Positions 24,800 through 38,436 of a stretch of 64,000 nucleotides of DNA are shown here, in pieces. Each line of letters opens with the position of its first letter. Positions within the stretch are counted from its first letter, which is position 1. Origin of the DNA: Felis catus (lineage: Eukaryota); the NCBI RefSeq assembly GCF_018350175.1, contig NC_058368.1:130078001-130142000 (forward strand), read 5' to 3'. The position numbers and the translations under genes were made by a program. Below the pieces are notes generated by a model. The model was given only the letters and a program-made list of their open reading frames with translations, was not told the DNA's origin and ran no database searches.

Positions 24800-24998
24800 G
24801 GCGGAGCCTGGGTGGCTCAGTCAGTTAAGCGTCCTACTTCAGCTTAGGTCACGTTCTCATAGCTCGTGAGTTCCCGTCCCATGTCAGGCTCTGTGCTGAC
24901 AGCTGCTTTGGATTCTGTGTCTACCTATCTCTCTGCCCCTACGTCACTCACTCTCTCTCTTTCAAAAATAAATAAACATTAAAAAATAAAAATAGATA
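24800..24998 (+). mobile_element. CanSINE
   Basis: gcctgggtggctcagtcagttaagcg head, A tail. Confidence 0.93.
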
Positions 24999-27314
24999 AA
25001 AATTTGCAGGTTAAACTCTGCTCCTACAGAGTTGAAAAATATTCCAGACAATAAAAAGGCCAACCCAGTACCACACTGAAAGAACATCTAGTAATCCCTT
25101 TGCCTATTTTGAGATTTTGGATAAATTTTCCAAGAACTTCAAGGTATGAATAGGGCAACTGAGTCTCACGGGAGCTAAATAACTTGAGCAGAGTTGTATG
25201 GCTAGAGATGGAAGAGCCAGAATTCAAATGCCCACACATGACTAGATGAGTAGATGACTCTAGATGACTAGAGTTTATACAAGGAGCTCCTGGTCTTGGA
25301 GGGGTGTGGCACAGATCAGGGAAGAGTTAAATTAGCAAAACATATTAGCAAATATATATTTCTTCTCTCTTTCCTGCTTTTTAAAATTTACCGTGAGGCA
25401 AAATGAATTTAAAGGCGCTGTGGGGGTCTAAGTATGCGTAAAATCCTTTATAGGTTATTCCTGGATTGGAAGAAAATACCTTTGTTACTCATTTAATAAC
25501 TCAATATAAATTCTTCATATACTCTGTCACTACAATTACTTCTGAATAGGAATGAAAATTTTGTATTGAATTTAGAAAAACAAGATTTTCAAATTCATGT
25601 AAGCATCCATTTCCTGGGTTGTTATTAGCAAGAATAAAATTGAACTTCTTAAGCTTGAAGTAAAGGCAGTTGTTTGCTTCGTATTCCTTTTTAACTTTGT
25701 CAGAATTTGTCAAAACATGATATAAAGCAAAAATGCATGGAGTAGGTGAACAAGAGTAGGTTTACTTATAAGCAGGAACTCGAGCCAAATGCAGCAGTAA
25801 ACTAAAAAAAATGGAACAAATTACATTAATTGGTTCTTAAAAATAAGGAAAACCAGGCAGAATTAAACAAAAAAAATAAGGAGCCAGTTTTAGCCAGATC
25901 TGAATAGTACTGGGGTGGAAAACTTACCATCTTAGTAATTGGCACCAGAAGGCATCTTAGGGAGGGCATTGTCTCAATTTGGGAAAACCTTTGTGAGCCA
26001 TTAGGGGAGGAAGGTGATTCCCTGGAATTGTGAGCTGGGAGAAGTAGGATCATCGATCATTGTAGGACACATACCTTGCATTGGGGTGGGTGGTGAGGCC
26101 ACAGCGTAGGAGCTTGGAGCCTTGGAAGGGGTGGACCAAGAGGTCTTCCCACTAGAGGAGTGGGCAAGCCCTTTTAAGAGAAGGGATTTTTTATATTCAC
26201 TTTAACATTATTTTTTGTTTGTTTTGTCACATTGCAAACCCCTTGGAACTCTTGGAGCCTTGCGCTGCATGTGCTAATGACTTGGGTGAGTGGGTGTTTT
26301 GTATTTGTTTTGTATTGGTGGTAGCAATGTCAAAGTTGCAGGGGAATTGAAGGGGAAATGAGTAATTTCCAAGAAAACAGCCATCACAGGGATGTCTACA
26401 AGAGGTGGAGGGTCTCTTAGGAAAAGAACTTGAGGGCTGGTGGTGACCTTGGGAATACAGCCCCTGGAGGGTGGGGTGTGTGGGAAAAGGGACCTGAATT
26501 AACGTGTTTTAAATACCAAAGGACAAGACAGTATTTTCCAGTGAGTTAGACAGTGAAGGGAACAAAGACAATATTAAAATTTTCTCTCGATCAAACTTCC
26601 TTTTCCCTGAGTTCCCTAGCTTTGTCCCATCAAAGATTGGTCTAATGATGCTTTTGTTAAGAAATCAAGGTGACAATAATGAAGAGTTTTTCCTTGTCTC
26701 TGATCCTTTAAAGGATGGTACCTCTGGGCTAATGATGATGAGTTGGTATGACTTAGTGCTTCTGTTTTTGTAAATAAGTGATAAGGAAGATGTGGAGACC
26801 GTTCTAGATACAAGAGAAGATGACTCCTGACCTGTGAGCCCACAAGCTAAGGGAAGGCATGGCGGTAAGCACAGATGGCCTGGGGGCTGATCCGTGATTC
26901 AACGGTCCACCAGGCTTGCACCCACAACCACTTGAACGAATCTGGGGTGAAAACTGAGTGGGGTTCTACATGTTCAAAGTCTCTTCCTTCTTCAAGAAGC
27001 CTCTCATCTGGTTAGGAAGTCACTTTTGTCTCATTCAGTTAAAATTCTTTTCTGATTCTTAGTATAAACTGTTCTTTTTCTCATTCTTAGAGCAATGGTT
27101 ATAAACCTATAAGTAATTTGTGGAAGCAGATATGCTGCAATTTGTAAGAGCATTTTCTCAGTGGAGGTGGGCAAAGAACACAGAAGTGCTATGATAGGAA
27201 GTAAGGTATTTTGCCAGGAACTTTTCAATAAAGCACAGATGTGAATGATTTACTCACGGTGTCCTCTGTCCCAGCCTTTCTGAATGTCTTCATCCTCAGG
27301 AGATCCCAGGCATT

Positions 27315-27538
27315 CTTTTTTTTTTTTTTAATTTTTTTTTAACCATTTATTTTCTTGAAAGAGAGACTGAGCGAGAGCAGAGAAGGGCAGAGAGAAGACG
27401 GAGACACAGAATCTGAAGCAGGTTCCAGGCTCTGAGCTGTCAACACAAAGCCTGATGCGGGGCTCAAACCCACAAACCGTGAGATTATGACCTGAGCCAA
27501 AGTCAGATGCTTCACCGACTGAGCCACCCAGGTGCCCC
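27315..27538 (-). mobile_element. CanSINE
   Basis: polyT; ends ccacccaggtgcccc. Confidence 0.95.
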
Positions 27539-27574
27539 TGTTTTTTGTTTTTGTTTTTCTTTTTGTTTTTAGAC

Positions 27575-27720
27575 TTAATTCAACAACGTTTATTGAGCAA
27601 CTACTGCATGCCAAGCATTGCTCTGGGAACTGGGAATACAGTAGTAACTAAGACAGACAAGAGTCCTGCCTCTAAAAAGCTTACATTCTTGTTGAAAGAG
27701 ACAGGCAGTAAAGAAAGAAA
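27575..27720 (-). mobile_element. L2 3' end
   Basis: attcaacaacgtttattgagcaactactgcatgccaagcattgctctg. Confidence 0.75.
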
Positions 27721-28021
27721 CATTCGAAGTATTGCCTGTATGGTTATACTTAATATTTTTGTTTAAATCACTGAACCTTTTGACTTAGAGACATTTATTT
27801 TAACAGGAAACTTTATAGCACTATTCTATGTGGAAAACAAGTAACCTTCCGGTTTTAGAAGACAGGCATAAAAATAAATTTGTTGCTCCTCCCTTGGAAG
27901 CCGACCCAGCTGAGCTTTACCATTTGCATCCAGCTCCTTCCTTTCAGCCTGTTTTTTCTTTGCTCTGCATCAGGCCAGCGTTGGCAGGCAGCTTTAGTAT
28001 GCTTTCATCCCTTCAGGATTC

Positions 28022-28443
28022 TGTATGAGCGTGTCATGGCTGCCATAACAAAGTACCTCAAACTGAGTGGCTTAAGTAACATACATGTATTGTCTCATGA
28101 GTCTGGAGGTCAGAAAGCCAAGATCAGGGTGTGGGCAGGGCCATGCTCCCTCTGCAGGCGATGGGGAAAGGATCTGTTCCAGGCCACTCGCTTTGTTTCT
28201 GGTAGTTCCTGGGCTCGTGACAGAATGCCAGTCTTCACATGGTGTTCTCTTGTGAGTTGCTGTGTCCGATTTTCCCTTTTTTATGAGGACACCGGTCTTT
28301 CGGGAGTAGGGGTTTATTCTACTCCAGTGACACCTGAACCGATGAGAACTGGAGCAATCCTATTTCCAAATAAGGTCACATTCTGAAGTATTGGTGTTAG
28401 GACTGCACGTGAATTTTGGGGGAACATAATTCAACCCATAACA
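28022..28443 (-). mobile_element. MaLR solo LTR (MLT1B/C-like)
   Basis: ggctgccataacaaagtacc...tttccaaataaggtcacattctga...aattcaacccataaca. Confidence 0.88.
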
Positions 28444-28796
28444 GATCTATACAGAGATTTCTTTTCCTAACATACCCCATCCATTTTGGTTCTGTGGGGT
28501 CTCCAATACTTAGAGATTTGTGAAAAGTCCACGAATTCTGGGAAAACCCAGAGCATCTTTTTTCAATCAAATCCTACTCACCACCCCCTCTGAGCGGGCT
28601 GATTCCTTCCAAAGCACTGATGAACCCAGGGCTGCACTGAGCAAGGGCTGTCCTGAGGAGTCTCCTTTGTACGCTGGTCTGAGCCGCAGGGCAGAGGCCC
28701 TCCTGACCAAGTCTGAGTGTGTTCCCTTCATGGAACATGCCATGCCTGTCCCCTCGAAATGCTCCTAGAGCATATGAGGTTTTCTTCACTGCCTCA

Positions 28797-29273
28797 TGTG
28801 TGTTAGGTTCTTACTGCTGCTATAACAAGTTACTAACAAAGTTGATGGCTTAAAACAACAGAACTTTTTCCTGCTGGAGTTCTGTAGTTTGGAAGCCCCA
28901 AATCAGTGTCCCTGAGCTAAAGTCAAGGTGTGGCAGGGCTGGTTCCTTCTACGGGCCCTAGGGAAGATCTTTTTCCTTGTCTTTTCTAGCTTCTGGAAGC
29001 TGCCTTGACATTCCCTGGCTGGCATACCCTTTTCCCCATAATTCTCATCTCTGGTTTCTATTGTGACAGCTCCTTCAACATCAAATCTCCATCTTACCTC
29101 CCTCTTCTTCGGACACTTTTGATTATGTTTGGGGCCCACCAGATAATGCAGGATATTCTCCCCATTTCAATATCCTTAATCCTCAATCTCCCTGCAGATT
29201 TTTTTAAGGAATACTTTCAGGTTTTTGGGCTCTGCACACGGATATCCTGGAGGGCCGTTACTCAGCCTACCCA
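28797..29273 (-). mobile_element. MaLR solo LTR (MLT1C/D-like)
   Basis: ctgctgctataacaagttac...tttctagcttctgg...gggcccaccagataatgcaggata...cagcctaccca. Confidence 0.85.
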
Positions 29274-29909
29274 CTGCTGGTTTAAAAGTGGATTTTCCCA
29301 GTCTGGCCTCTAAGTGCCTCTCTTTCTTCGTAAGGACATTCCTTTCTTCCTTCATCTTCATTTCCAAGTCTTCTTCAATTTGCTTTTGCTCCCCCACTTC
29401 TCCCTTTTGATTTTAAAATCCCAGTTCCTTGAGTCTAGGGGATAAATTTGACCCTCTAGATAGGAGTTAGGCTGGGCAGAGGCCATTTACATCTTTCTAT
29501 AACATAACTACTACTACAGTTTGAAGTCAAGCAACATAATAATAGAAAAACCCGTTAGTTTCTGGCTAGTGTTCAGTTTTCCAGAAGCTTCTCATTAGAG
29601 ATTTGCTGGTGCTTACCCTGGCCTTCATAGCCTCTAGTTCTTAGTGGAGAAAAGCCTGTTAGGCTTGTGGGATGGTAGCAGGGCCTGACCTAAGACAAGA
29701 AAATTGCTCTAGCAGTAATGTTGGTGTCTGAGAGAGCATTTGTAGGGGCGCCAGTTTGCAGTAGACTATCGGTTTCCCCAGTAGGACTTAGTTGCCACAG
29801 TATAGATAGTAAGAAGGCAGACAGCATGTTGATCTGGGTGTGGTTTAGCCCAGCAGCTGGGGCAGGAGGACAAAGGGCGTGCTAGGGAAGGTACTGTTTT
29901 TGGAAGAAA

Positions 29910-30145
29910 ACATTTATTTAACAAGTGCATATAATGACCACACGGTGCTAAGTGCTTTATAGTTGATAAAGCAGTTATCAAACTGGTTGTCATACAACCA
30001 GTTTGACAGAGTTGTTGCCCTCAGTTTAGACAGAGGCAGGGTGGAGGTGCAGAGGTTAAATAATTTGCCCAAGGGCCCATAGCCTTTAAGGGGCAGAGGT
30101 TAGGAGTAACCTCAGGGAATCTGCTTTCCAGAATTCTGTTTCTTA
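29910..30145 (-). mobile_element. MIR remnant
   Basis: gtgctaagtgcttta...gaggttaaataatttgcccaagg. Confidence 0.7.
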
Positions 30146-30679
30146 CCCCCCCCCCCCAAATGTCCTTTGAGGACAGGAGTAAGTAACAGCGGTGGACTGG
30201 GAGGGAAGGGAAGCCTCTGGGGACTGAGGGTTTTTATAAAGTCAGAGGAATGAGTAGACGAGAAAATTAGAGTGGAGACATGGAGTGGGGTGTTTGACTT
30301 GAGATGTGGACTAGTTTGGGGTTATGACAAAGTCTCAAAGGTAGCCATGGATGTGAGTGGCAGAAATGGGAAAGAACTGAAGGTCACTGGAATTCAGAGG
30401 TCAGCACAGTCTGAGGGCAGGTGTTGGCTGGGACATCACACACCCCTGAGATGATCCTGTGTGGAAGGGATGGAGGTGGAGAACGAGAGCGGGAGCCAGC
30501 TGTGAGCATCTGACAGATGTGGGGGGACATCTAGGGTGTGCTAAGCAACATGAGGGGAGAAGGTGGTATGAGTTCCAAGAAGAGGGCGTTTGATATTTGG
30601 AAGTGTCGTCAGTGAACAAGGAAAAATGCCACACTACTGTTTGATCCTGAAGTTCTCTGCAATGAGGATGCTTGAAGGT

Positions 30680-31332
30680 AGGTCTAAATTTTCAATTTTG
30701 AATAATTGAAATTTTACAATTGACACTGATTCAGTCACTGGCAAACCTTTTGTCTGTTTCGAACACCTTGGATGTGTGAATCTACTTTTCCATTGTAGAT
30801 TATATGAAACTTAGCTAAAGGCCAAGACATTCCTACGAAAACATAAACATCCAAACAAATATGCTGTAAGGTAAAATACACACCAGACTCTGAGGAGTAA
30901 GTGGGGAAAGAACGTAAAACGTCTCACTAATGATTTTCTTCTCTCTCTCCTTTTAAAATTTTTTTTAAAGTTTATTTATTTGTGAAAGAGACAGTGCAAG
31001 TTGGGGGGGGGTGGGGGGGTTGAGGCAGAAAGAAAGAATCCCAAGCAAGATCTGTACTTCAAGTGCAGAGCCCTACATGGGGCTCCAGCTCACAAAACTG
31101 TGAGATCATGATCTGAGAAGAAACCAGAGTTTGATGCTTAACTGACTGAGCCACAGGCGCCCCAGTTTCCTTCTGTTGATTCATGTTGACCCCTAAATTG
31201 GGATACCTTGAGCTAAATGAGATGTGTTGCTTATGTTAATCTTACCCATTTCTTTCTACGTTTGGAATGTGACTATCAGAAAACTTAAATTTACAGATGT
31301 GGTTCATGTCATGTTTCTTTTGGGCAGTACTG
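30680..31332. mobile_element. hAT MER33/Charlie5-like element with a SINE inside
   Basis: gtaaaatacacaccagac...aatgtgactatcagaaaacttaaatttacagatgtgg...tgggcagtactg. Confidence 0.7.
30952..31163 (-). mobile_element. CanSINE
   Basis: Ends ctgagccacaggcgcccc. Confidence 0.92.
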
Positions 31333-33607
31333 TCGAGACCAAGGAGGACAAGGATAGGCAATGCCTGCCTGAGGTCTGGAACCCTCCCGTCATCATGAGA
31401 AAGTGAGAGCGGACTAGGATGGTGAGAGTGTCTGGGGTGACAGGGTTGCAGGCTTCATGAAGTCCAGATGGGATGGCAAGAGTGTAACTGGATTCAGGAA
31501 AGGTGATGGCATTTTGTTTGTGGGAGACATTCATGTGTACCAATGATCCATTTTCTAGGTAGAGAAGTATTTTTAGAAAACTGCTGGATGGAAAGAAAAA
31601 TAAATGTTTTAGAGAGTTGGAGAGGGGAAGGAGCCGACTCATGGAGGAGGAGGAAGGAGAGAGTAGCAGAGCGAGTGAGAGTTTCGGGTGCATACAGGTG
31701 GGTCAAAATCCTTTGTACCAATCTTGGAAGATGCAAAACTTTGTGAGACAGGTGGCACTTGCACGTCTAGAGAGGAGACGTTAGTGGGCCAGGTAACTAT
31801 GCAAATTGAGGAAACCTAGGTTCTTAGGAATGAGTGCTAAGAGTATCTTTTTTGCTTCAGAAAATTCAGAATTCTTTGGCTTTGCTAAGCAAAATGGTTC
31901 TTGCCATGGTCAGCCTATAGAGACACTGTAGATCTCAACTTTCACCAGTGTTTCCCTCTGGAAGTGTAGCACTGTTGATAAAAACTTCTCATAACATAAT
32001 TAACAGAATGAAGACTTGTCAGTTTTCTTCCTTCCATGTGTAGCCAAATGCCTACAGGGAGGCAATGGCTGTCAAGAAAGCTCAAAGCTGGCTTAATTTG
32101 GGATTCTCATTCCCAAGAGATGAATGCAGGGATGATCCACGGTGAACTGTTTAGCTTTGAGGCTCTTGACTGTTTTAACAACCCTGTTCCCCTCCCCAGA
32201 TCAATCTTTATAATTCCATTGCAGAATGTTCTTAGGTATAGAGACCACGTAACTGATTCATGTGGCCTTGCTAATCATCAGTACCTGTGAATGATGTATA
32301 ACATACTCCACCCACTTCTTGTTTTCAGAAAAATTCTTCTAGGACTCCTCTCCATAAAAGGATCAAAATAAGGACTTCCATTTTTGTGGTGATCACAGTA
32401 GAAGATGTTTCTGGTCAGACCATCTATTAGCCATGCCCATCAAATCAGAACAACGTGGGGACTCCCTCCCAAGCTGCTCCTTCTGATCCAAAAGCCCCTT
32501 GGGATAGCCCAGAATAGGAATAAGATAGACGGAAGGGACAAAGGCCATCAGATCTGAGTTCCAATATTTCTTCCAGCAGTGAGCATTGTTGTGTGCTGGG
32601 TCCACTCTCTGGCTGCCCCTTCTGTGGCACTTGATTGTGTGGAATTAGAAAACACAAAACTCTGGGAAGACACCTGACTCACTCTGCTTTGAGATAAGAC
32701 TAGTTGGCAGTGACTTTGGTTTAATCAAAACTTCTACATTATTAGTATTTCTCCTTAGTACATTTTTAGGCTGCAAGGGTGTTTCCCTTTATAGTCACAT
32801 GAAGCTGAGAAATCAGGATTCTTTCTAAAGGTCTATTGATTGGCCTACATTGATTTTTATTTTTCAACCCTTTAGTGTATAGTAAAGTGATTCATCAAAC
32901 CAACACAGGTGCACGTTGAGGGGGTGGCAAGAGGAACACTGAGCTTCTGTGTCTGGGGAACCTGCCTGTAATAAATCTACACAGTGAAAAGGAACAGGAA
33001 TCCAATACAGAGCTGGCCTACTGGAAGGCTTGACATGTGGCTAGTACGTTACACCGACTCCGCCCTGGAAATGCTCTATTTCTCAGCTGCTGTCTGTACA
33101 CATGGAAGAGGCTTGAGAAAGCTTTGCTGTTCCAGTTACCCCTTGACTTCTTAGAAGACGTGCTAGATGGTTTTCCCCTGTTCTAAAAATTCTCCTGAAA
33201 AGGAGATCTCATGGGCTTCCCTGAGCAATCCAAATTCAGCCTGTGAGAACGCTACTTGGAACTCCTTGTCTGAATTCTGTATGTGCTATTTTCTGGCTGT
33301 TTCTTCCTGCTTTGGCTTCAGTGATGTAAGTTTCTTGGTTTTAACTCTTGCTTAAGGAAAGTGAGTTTTAAATGATTTGTTTTTTAAAAAGCTGAGTGTG
33401 AGATTTTGCTGTAACGTGGGCTGAAATCTCATTTTCCCTGATCATCTGCATATTCTCTATTCTTTATAGTTGTACTGAAGTCAAGCCTATTTTAAAAGTC
33501 TTGAACTCATGTTGTATTGCTCTGATACTGAGTTGCGTATATCTTTGATGTCTGTCTCTCTTCTTCTTCCTAGAGCCTTTGCTTAACTTTTATATAAAGA
33601 GATATAA

Positions 33608-33800
33608 GGTGTGGTTGAGTGGCTCAGTTGGTTGGGCATCCAACCCTTGATTTTCAGCTCAGGTCATGACCTCGCGGTTGTGGGATCAAGCCCCACCTCA
33701 GGCTCTCCTCTGGCGATGCAATGCCTATTTAGAGTTCTCTTTCTTCCTCTGCCTCTGCCCTCCCCTGCTCTCTCTCTCTCAAAATAAACAAATACATTTT
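33608..33800 (+). mobile_element. CanSINE (older)
   Basis: gtggctcagttggttgggc head, CT tract, aataaa. Confidence 0.9.
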
Positions 33801-35480
33801 AACAGCCCCCCCCCCCACCAAATGAAGAGATGTAAGTTGAGCTAGCTGCATCAGTATCTTGGCATTGCTGGGTTACAGCTACCATAAGGATTGATATAGA
33901 AACTTTTAACTCCAAAGATATTCTCACCAGAGACTCGATCATTCTTTATAAATAAAAATAAGCCACCTATTTAAAAAATATTTATGAAAAAGATAAATGG
34001 TTTTCTCCTTCAAATCTGAAACTTCATTGAAACAGCACACAATTTTAAGAATTTGAAAACCACTTTCATCTCATGAAGGTTATCATCTTAACTGACAAAG
34101 GGGATATTCAAACTCACAAGCCCTCTTGAAATGCCCTGATTTCATGGCCTTGTGTAATGGTATGTTTGGCAGGAAGTAATTAGTGTCCTACACTAAGAGT
34201 TGGGGATGGGAGGATAAAAGAACAGAATTTAGAGATTCCTGAAATGCCTGAACTCAATGGCTTACTTAGTGGAGAGAATAAAACAGAAATATATGCAGGT
34301 TCAAGACAATTTAAAGGAGACTGAACATTTACTCCTAGAACCTTCTATCTTTTCTTTTTCACTATTTTGTTTCCCAAAAACCCTCAGACTAAGCCCTCAG
34401 CACCTCCACCTGTGATTGGCTGTGCCGCCATTCCTTGTACATTACCCTATTGTGTGATCACTTCTCCACACTCATGATTATTTGTTTCTATCAAAAGTCA
34501 ACTACCTTACATTTCATTCCCATATGGTCCTGTTGTGTGCTTTGGAGTAGATGAATTTAGTGATACAAAGGTATTTTTCATTGATAGTTTATTACTATAT
34601 CTTCTCATCCAAAACCTATTTTCATTAAGCAGCTGCCTTCAGAGCTATAATCCAAAGAAGTTAATGATGACGAGAAAATGGGTCTGCCAGTGCAAGGGTT
34701 TTGGCTTCTTGAAAACCTCTCCACCCCTCTTCCTATCAACTGAATGGACAACTTTCTCTCTGACCAGATCTTCACATTGACCCTAATGATGAAGCAGCTT
34801 TTGCACTAGACATGGCGCAAGTATAGGCTCAGTCTACACCTAGGGCTCTGCCTGACCTGTGAAGGACCTACACATTTGGGAAGGAAAAGAGGGAAGAGCT
34901 AGTGACAATGGAAAGTGTCTAGAACTACACTGTCCAATGTAGAAGACACTAGCCACATTTCCATCAATGCACTAAGTTTTACTGAACAGTGCCTGGCTAG
35001 AAAGGGAAGAGGAGATAACTAAAAGGGGGTTGATTGTTCCCAAGAAGACACTTCTTGGGCATGCCAAGGTCTCTCTAACTTGCTTATAGACCTTAGGATT
35101 ATGACCTCTAATGGGAAAAAGCTACATACATCATTATGATGGATCCCTATTCTAGAGAATTAGCTCTTATGAAGGAAGACTGTAGCTTAGGAAGATTTAG
35201 TAATAGTAATGAATATCTTTCAGTGTTTGTGTATTTATATTTTAAGCATTTAGCATACATTCTTTCTAATGCAGTGACTCTTCAAAGTATATTTGTACTG
35301 TACATGTTGTAGATAATGAAACTGAGTTTTACGTAACATAAAGGGACTTATTTGGAAATGAGGGAAAAGCTACCCAGTGAGTCCTTGAAAAAAACTGCCT
35401 CCCCAAGCCTCTCTTTCAAGCATTTGAGTGTAGTGAAGGCCGTCCAATACAAGCTTCCTTGATGAGCTCATGTAGTGTCT

Positions 35481-35692
35481 TTAATTTTTTTCTTTTAGTT
35501 TATTTTTGAGACAGAGAGAGATAGAGTGTGAGCAGGGGAGGGGCAGAGAGAGAGGGAGACACAGAATCCGAAGCAGGCTCCACGCTTGAGCTGTCAGCAC
35601 AGAGCCTGATGTGGGGCTTGAACCCACAAACTGTGACATCATGACCTGAGCTGAAGTCAGACGCTTAACCAACTGAGCCACCCAGGCACCCC
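35481..35692 (-). mobile_element. CanSINE
   Basis: TSD atgtagt(g/c)tctttaat. Confidence 0.95.
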
Positions 35693-35727
35693 TTATGTAG
35701 TCTCTTTAATGAATGGCTCTTCATAAC

Positions 35728-35996
35728 ATCATTTCTCAAGTTGTGGTCCACAAATACTGGGTTATGTGAAGTAGGATTCCAAGGTGAAATAAGTTTGGCA
35801 AATGTTAGGTTAAAGAAAATTAAACATGCTTATTTATCGCAGAACTTCTCAGAGCCTTTAATGTATTAATATTCATTATGGATCGACAAGAAGTGACATG
35901 CTAGGCAGGGTTTTCCAAACTTACTTGACCTCAGAATCATTGTGCAGCAGAGTATTTTCAAGGGTAAGTGTTCTTTGGGACACACTGAGAAGTGAA
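35728..35996. mobile_element. Ancient hAT-Charlie-type MITE
   Basis: catttctcaagttgtggtcc...aaataagtttgg / ccaaacttacttgacc...acacactgagaagtg. Confidence 0.55.
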
Positions 35997-37129
35997 GTTC
36001 TATGCAAAAGTACTCAGGGGAGAGATGCTTTAACTGGAGAAAGTGCTTCTCTGTTGCTGGTAATCTCATAATGCTTGGCACATAAATGCTCAATAAATAT
36101 TTTAGAATGAATCTTTGTTGAATGAAAGCATCTTGAGTTTAGGCCTCTTCTGTGCTGGACCCAGGAATCAGGGCTGATTTCTTGGTTTGTGGGAGGGTAC
36201 TGGACGCCAAGTGTGGTGATGGAGGTGATGTTTGTGCATTCGCTTAGCTTATCTATAAATGACAGTTCTTTTTTAACCTTGGTAATCATTTTCATAAATA
36301 CTTAATATTATTCATTTTGTTTGAAGATGTTCACAGAATGGTTTTTGAAAAGGTTTATGGCCAGATAGAGTGGTGAGTTTGATGTTCAGAGCAGGAACTG
36401 AGACAGCTCATTGCCAGTGGGTCCAAATGCCTGCCAAGGGGCCTGTGAAAGTAAGTGGTCACTCATACATTCTTCCTTGTCACAAATATTTCCTATGCCA
36501 CTGTGACCTGTTGCAGAGGCTTCTGCTATGTGGTCCATCTTTAAACTAGCTTGCTGGGTGGGGTGGCCCCCTGGCCAATGTGCATGCGTATCTGGCTGAG
36601 TGGCTCTGTGTTCCTCGGCACATTCTGAGGCAGTTTTCTCTTTCCCCATTGACTTGTTGAAAAAAAAGGTGGTAAAACAACACAACTCACAAAACAGAGT
36701 GTGACAAGCCTCTGACCTTTCACACTAGTCCCCAGGCTCTTTGTTTAGGTGGGCCAGTATCAGGTGGGACTCCAGCTTTGATGCTCTATGTATCCCTCCA
36801 AAGAGTCAGGTCCCTTCCATCAAATCTCATCTCATCATGTCGCTCATTTTTATTCATACTAGGTGCTATTCTCTTTTACAAAATTCCATCTTAGCAAAAT
36901 AAACCTACTGAGCTGTCCATGTCATTCTTTTTTCTGCCTGAGCACAGTGATGATCAAGTTCTCTGTGGACCATAATGTTTCTTCTTTCGACTCTGGAACG
37001 AATCCATAGGAACAAAAGATACCGCAGTGTATCATTCAGTAGATATGAGCTAGATAAATAAACAATCCCCTGGCAGGGAACACCATTTATTCATCTTTGT
37101 CAGTAGTTGAAATGCAGTCAGTTAGATAT

Positions 37130-37635
37130 CCAGCAGAAAAGTGGTGTGTATGTCACCAAAACATATATAAGCATTATTGGCAATAGCCCCAACCTCGAAA
37201 TACCTCCTATCTTCGTCCACAATCCATTCGGTGACTTGTGGTATATTCACACAGTCCAGTGTGACACAGCAGATGCTGAACACTTGAGAGCCACAAACAA
37301 CAGCATGGTTGGTCTCATGGCCAAACAACAGTATGGTCTCATGGCCAGAAGGCTAAGCAAAAGAAAGCAGACATAGATTGTATTTATATACCTTTCTGGG
37401 TCAGGCAAAACTAATCTGTGGGGGAGGATGAGTAACACAGGACACAAAGGATTTTTTGAGGATATTGGTAACGTTTAATTTCTTGATCTAGATGCTGGTG
37501 TTACTTGATCTAGATGCTGGTTATTTGTACTGGTCTTTACTCAGTACAAATCCAATGAACTGTATACTTGTGGTTTACTCTTCTGTGCGTATGTTATACT
37601 CCAATGCAGAGTGTTGTTAAATAATGTAAAAAATA
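37130..37635 (+). mobile_element. Ancient L1M 3' fragment
   Basis: aatagccccaacctcgaaa...tgtggtatattcacac...ggcaaaactaatct...tttcttgatcta. Confidence 0.75.
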
Positions 37636-38301
37636 GAATTAGGGTTCCTGGTAGTCTGTTCCTATGTTTCGGAGAGTTTATAGCTGAATGCAAGTAGACA
37701 AAGGTAGAAGAGTATGGTGAGGCTTGTTTCTTCTTGAAAAATCCCCACTGAAAGGAATGAGTGAGAGTATGGGGTGAGGGAGGTGTTTCATTCTAGGGAA
37801 ATATCTCCTTAGGACTGGGAGAAAATATTTACCAACAGTGTAGATTGCAGTTGTATTTGCTTCCAAATGCCTTACTTAACTCAAAGGAATGGCACAAATT
37901 TAGCCTTTCACATTAGAACAGTATGTATTTTAGGATCTTGACTTCTGAGGGGAGCTTCCTAGGTCATCTACATAGGTTACTAATGCCTGGAGACACTCCG
38001 TTGGAATGGCCTTTCCCATTTGGAACATCTCACTGGGAACTGATGAACCCCTCAAGTGATCAGAGATTCACAACTATGTTGTTAATGGTTTGTGGCTGCA
38101 CATCCATCACCAGCTAAATTATATATTGATTTCCCAGGAAATTGGAAAGCCCAAGTAATATTTGATTAATGAGGATTTATGTTGGGCAGTTGGCTTCCAC
38201 TCTGTATATATTGATGATATTATTAACTTATTAACTGATCCTTTTGGGGGGATGGATACATTTATTAGGCAACGGAAAATTTTTACAAAGAAAATGAGCA
38301 A

Positions 38302-38342
38302 TTTTCTTTCTTTCTTTCTTCCTTTCTTCCTTTCTTTCTTTC

Positions 38343-38434
<92 letters not shown>

Positions 38435-38436
38435 TC
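38302..38436. repeat. (TTTC)n microsatellite
   Basis: Directly visible. Confidence 0.98.

Noticed and set aside
27880..28386. 168-aa ORF
   Set aside because: Runs through a MaLR LTR; chance frame
36327..36378. Possible small exon (tttgaag...gagtg|gtgagt)
   Set aside because: Weak acceptor, peptide not recognised, no supporting context
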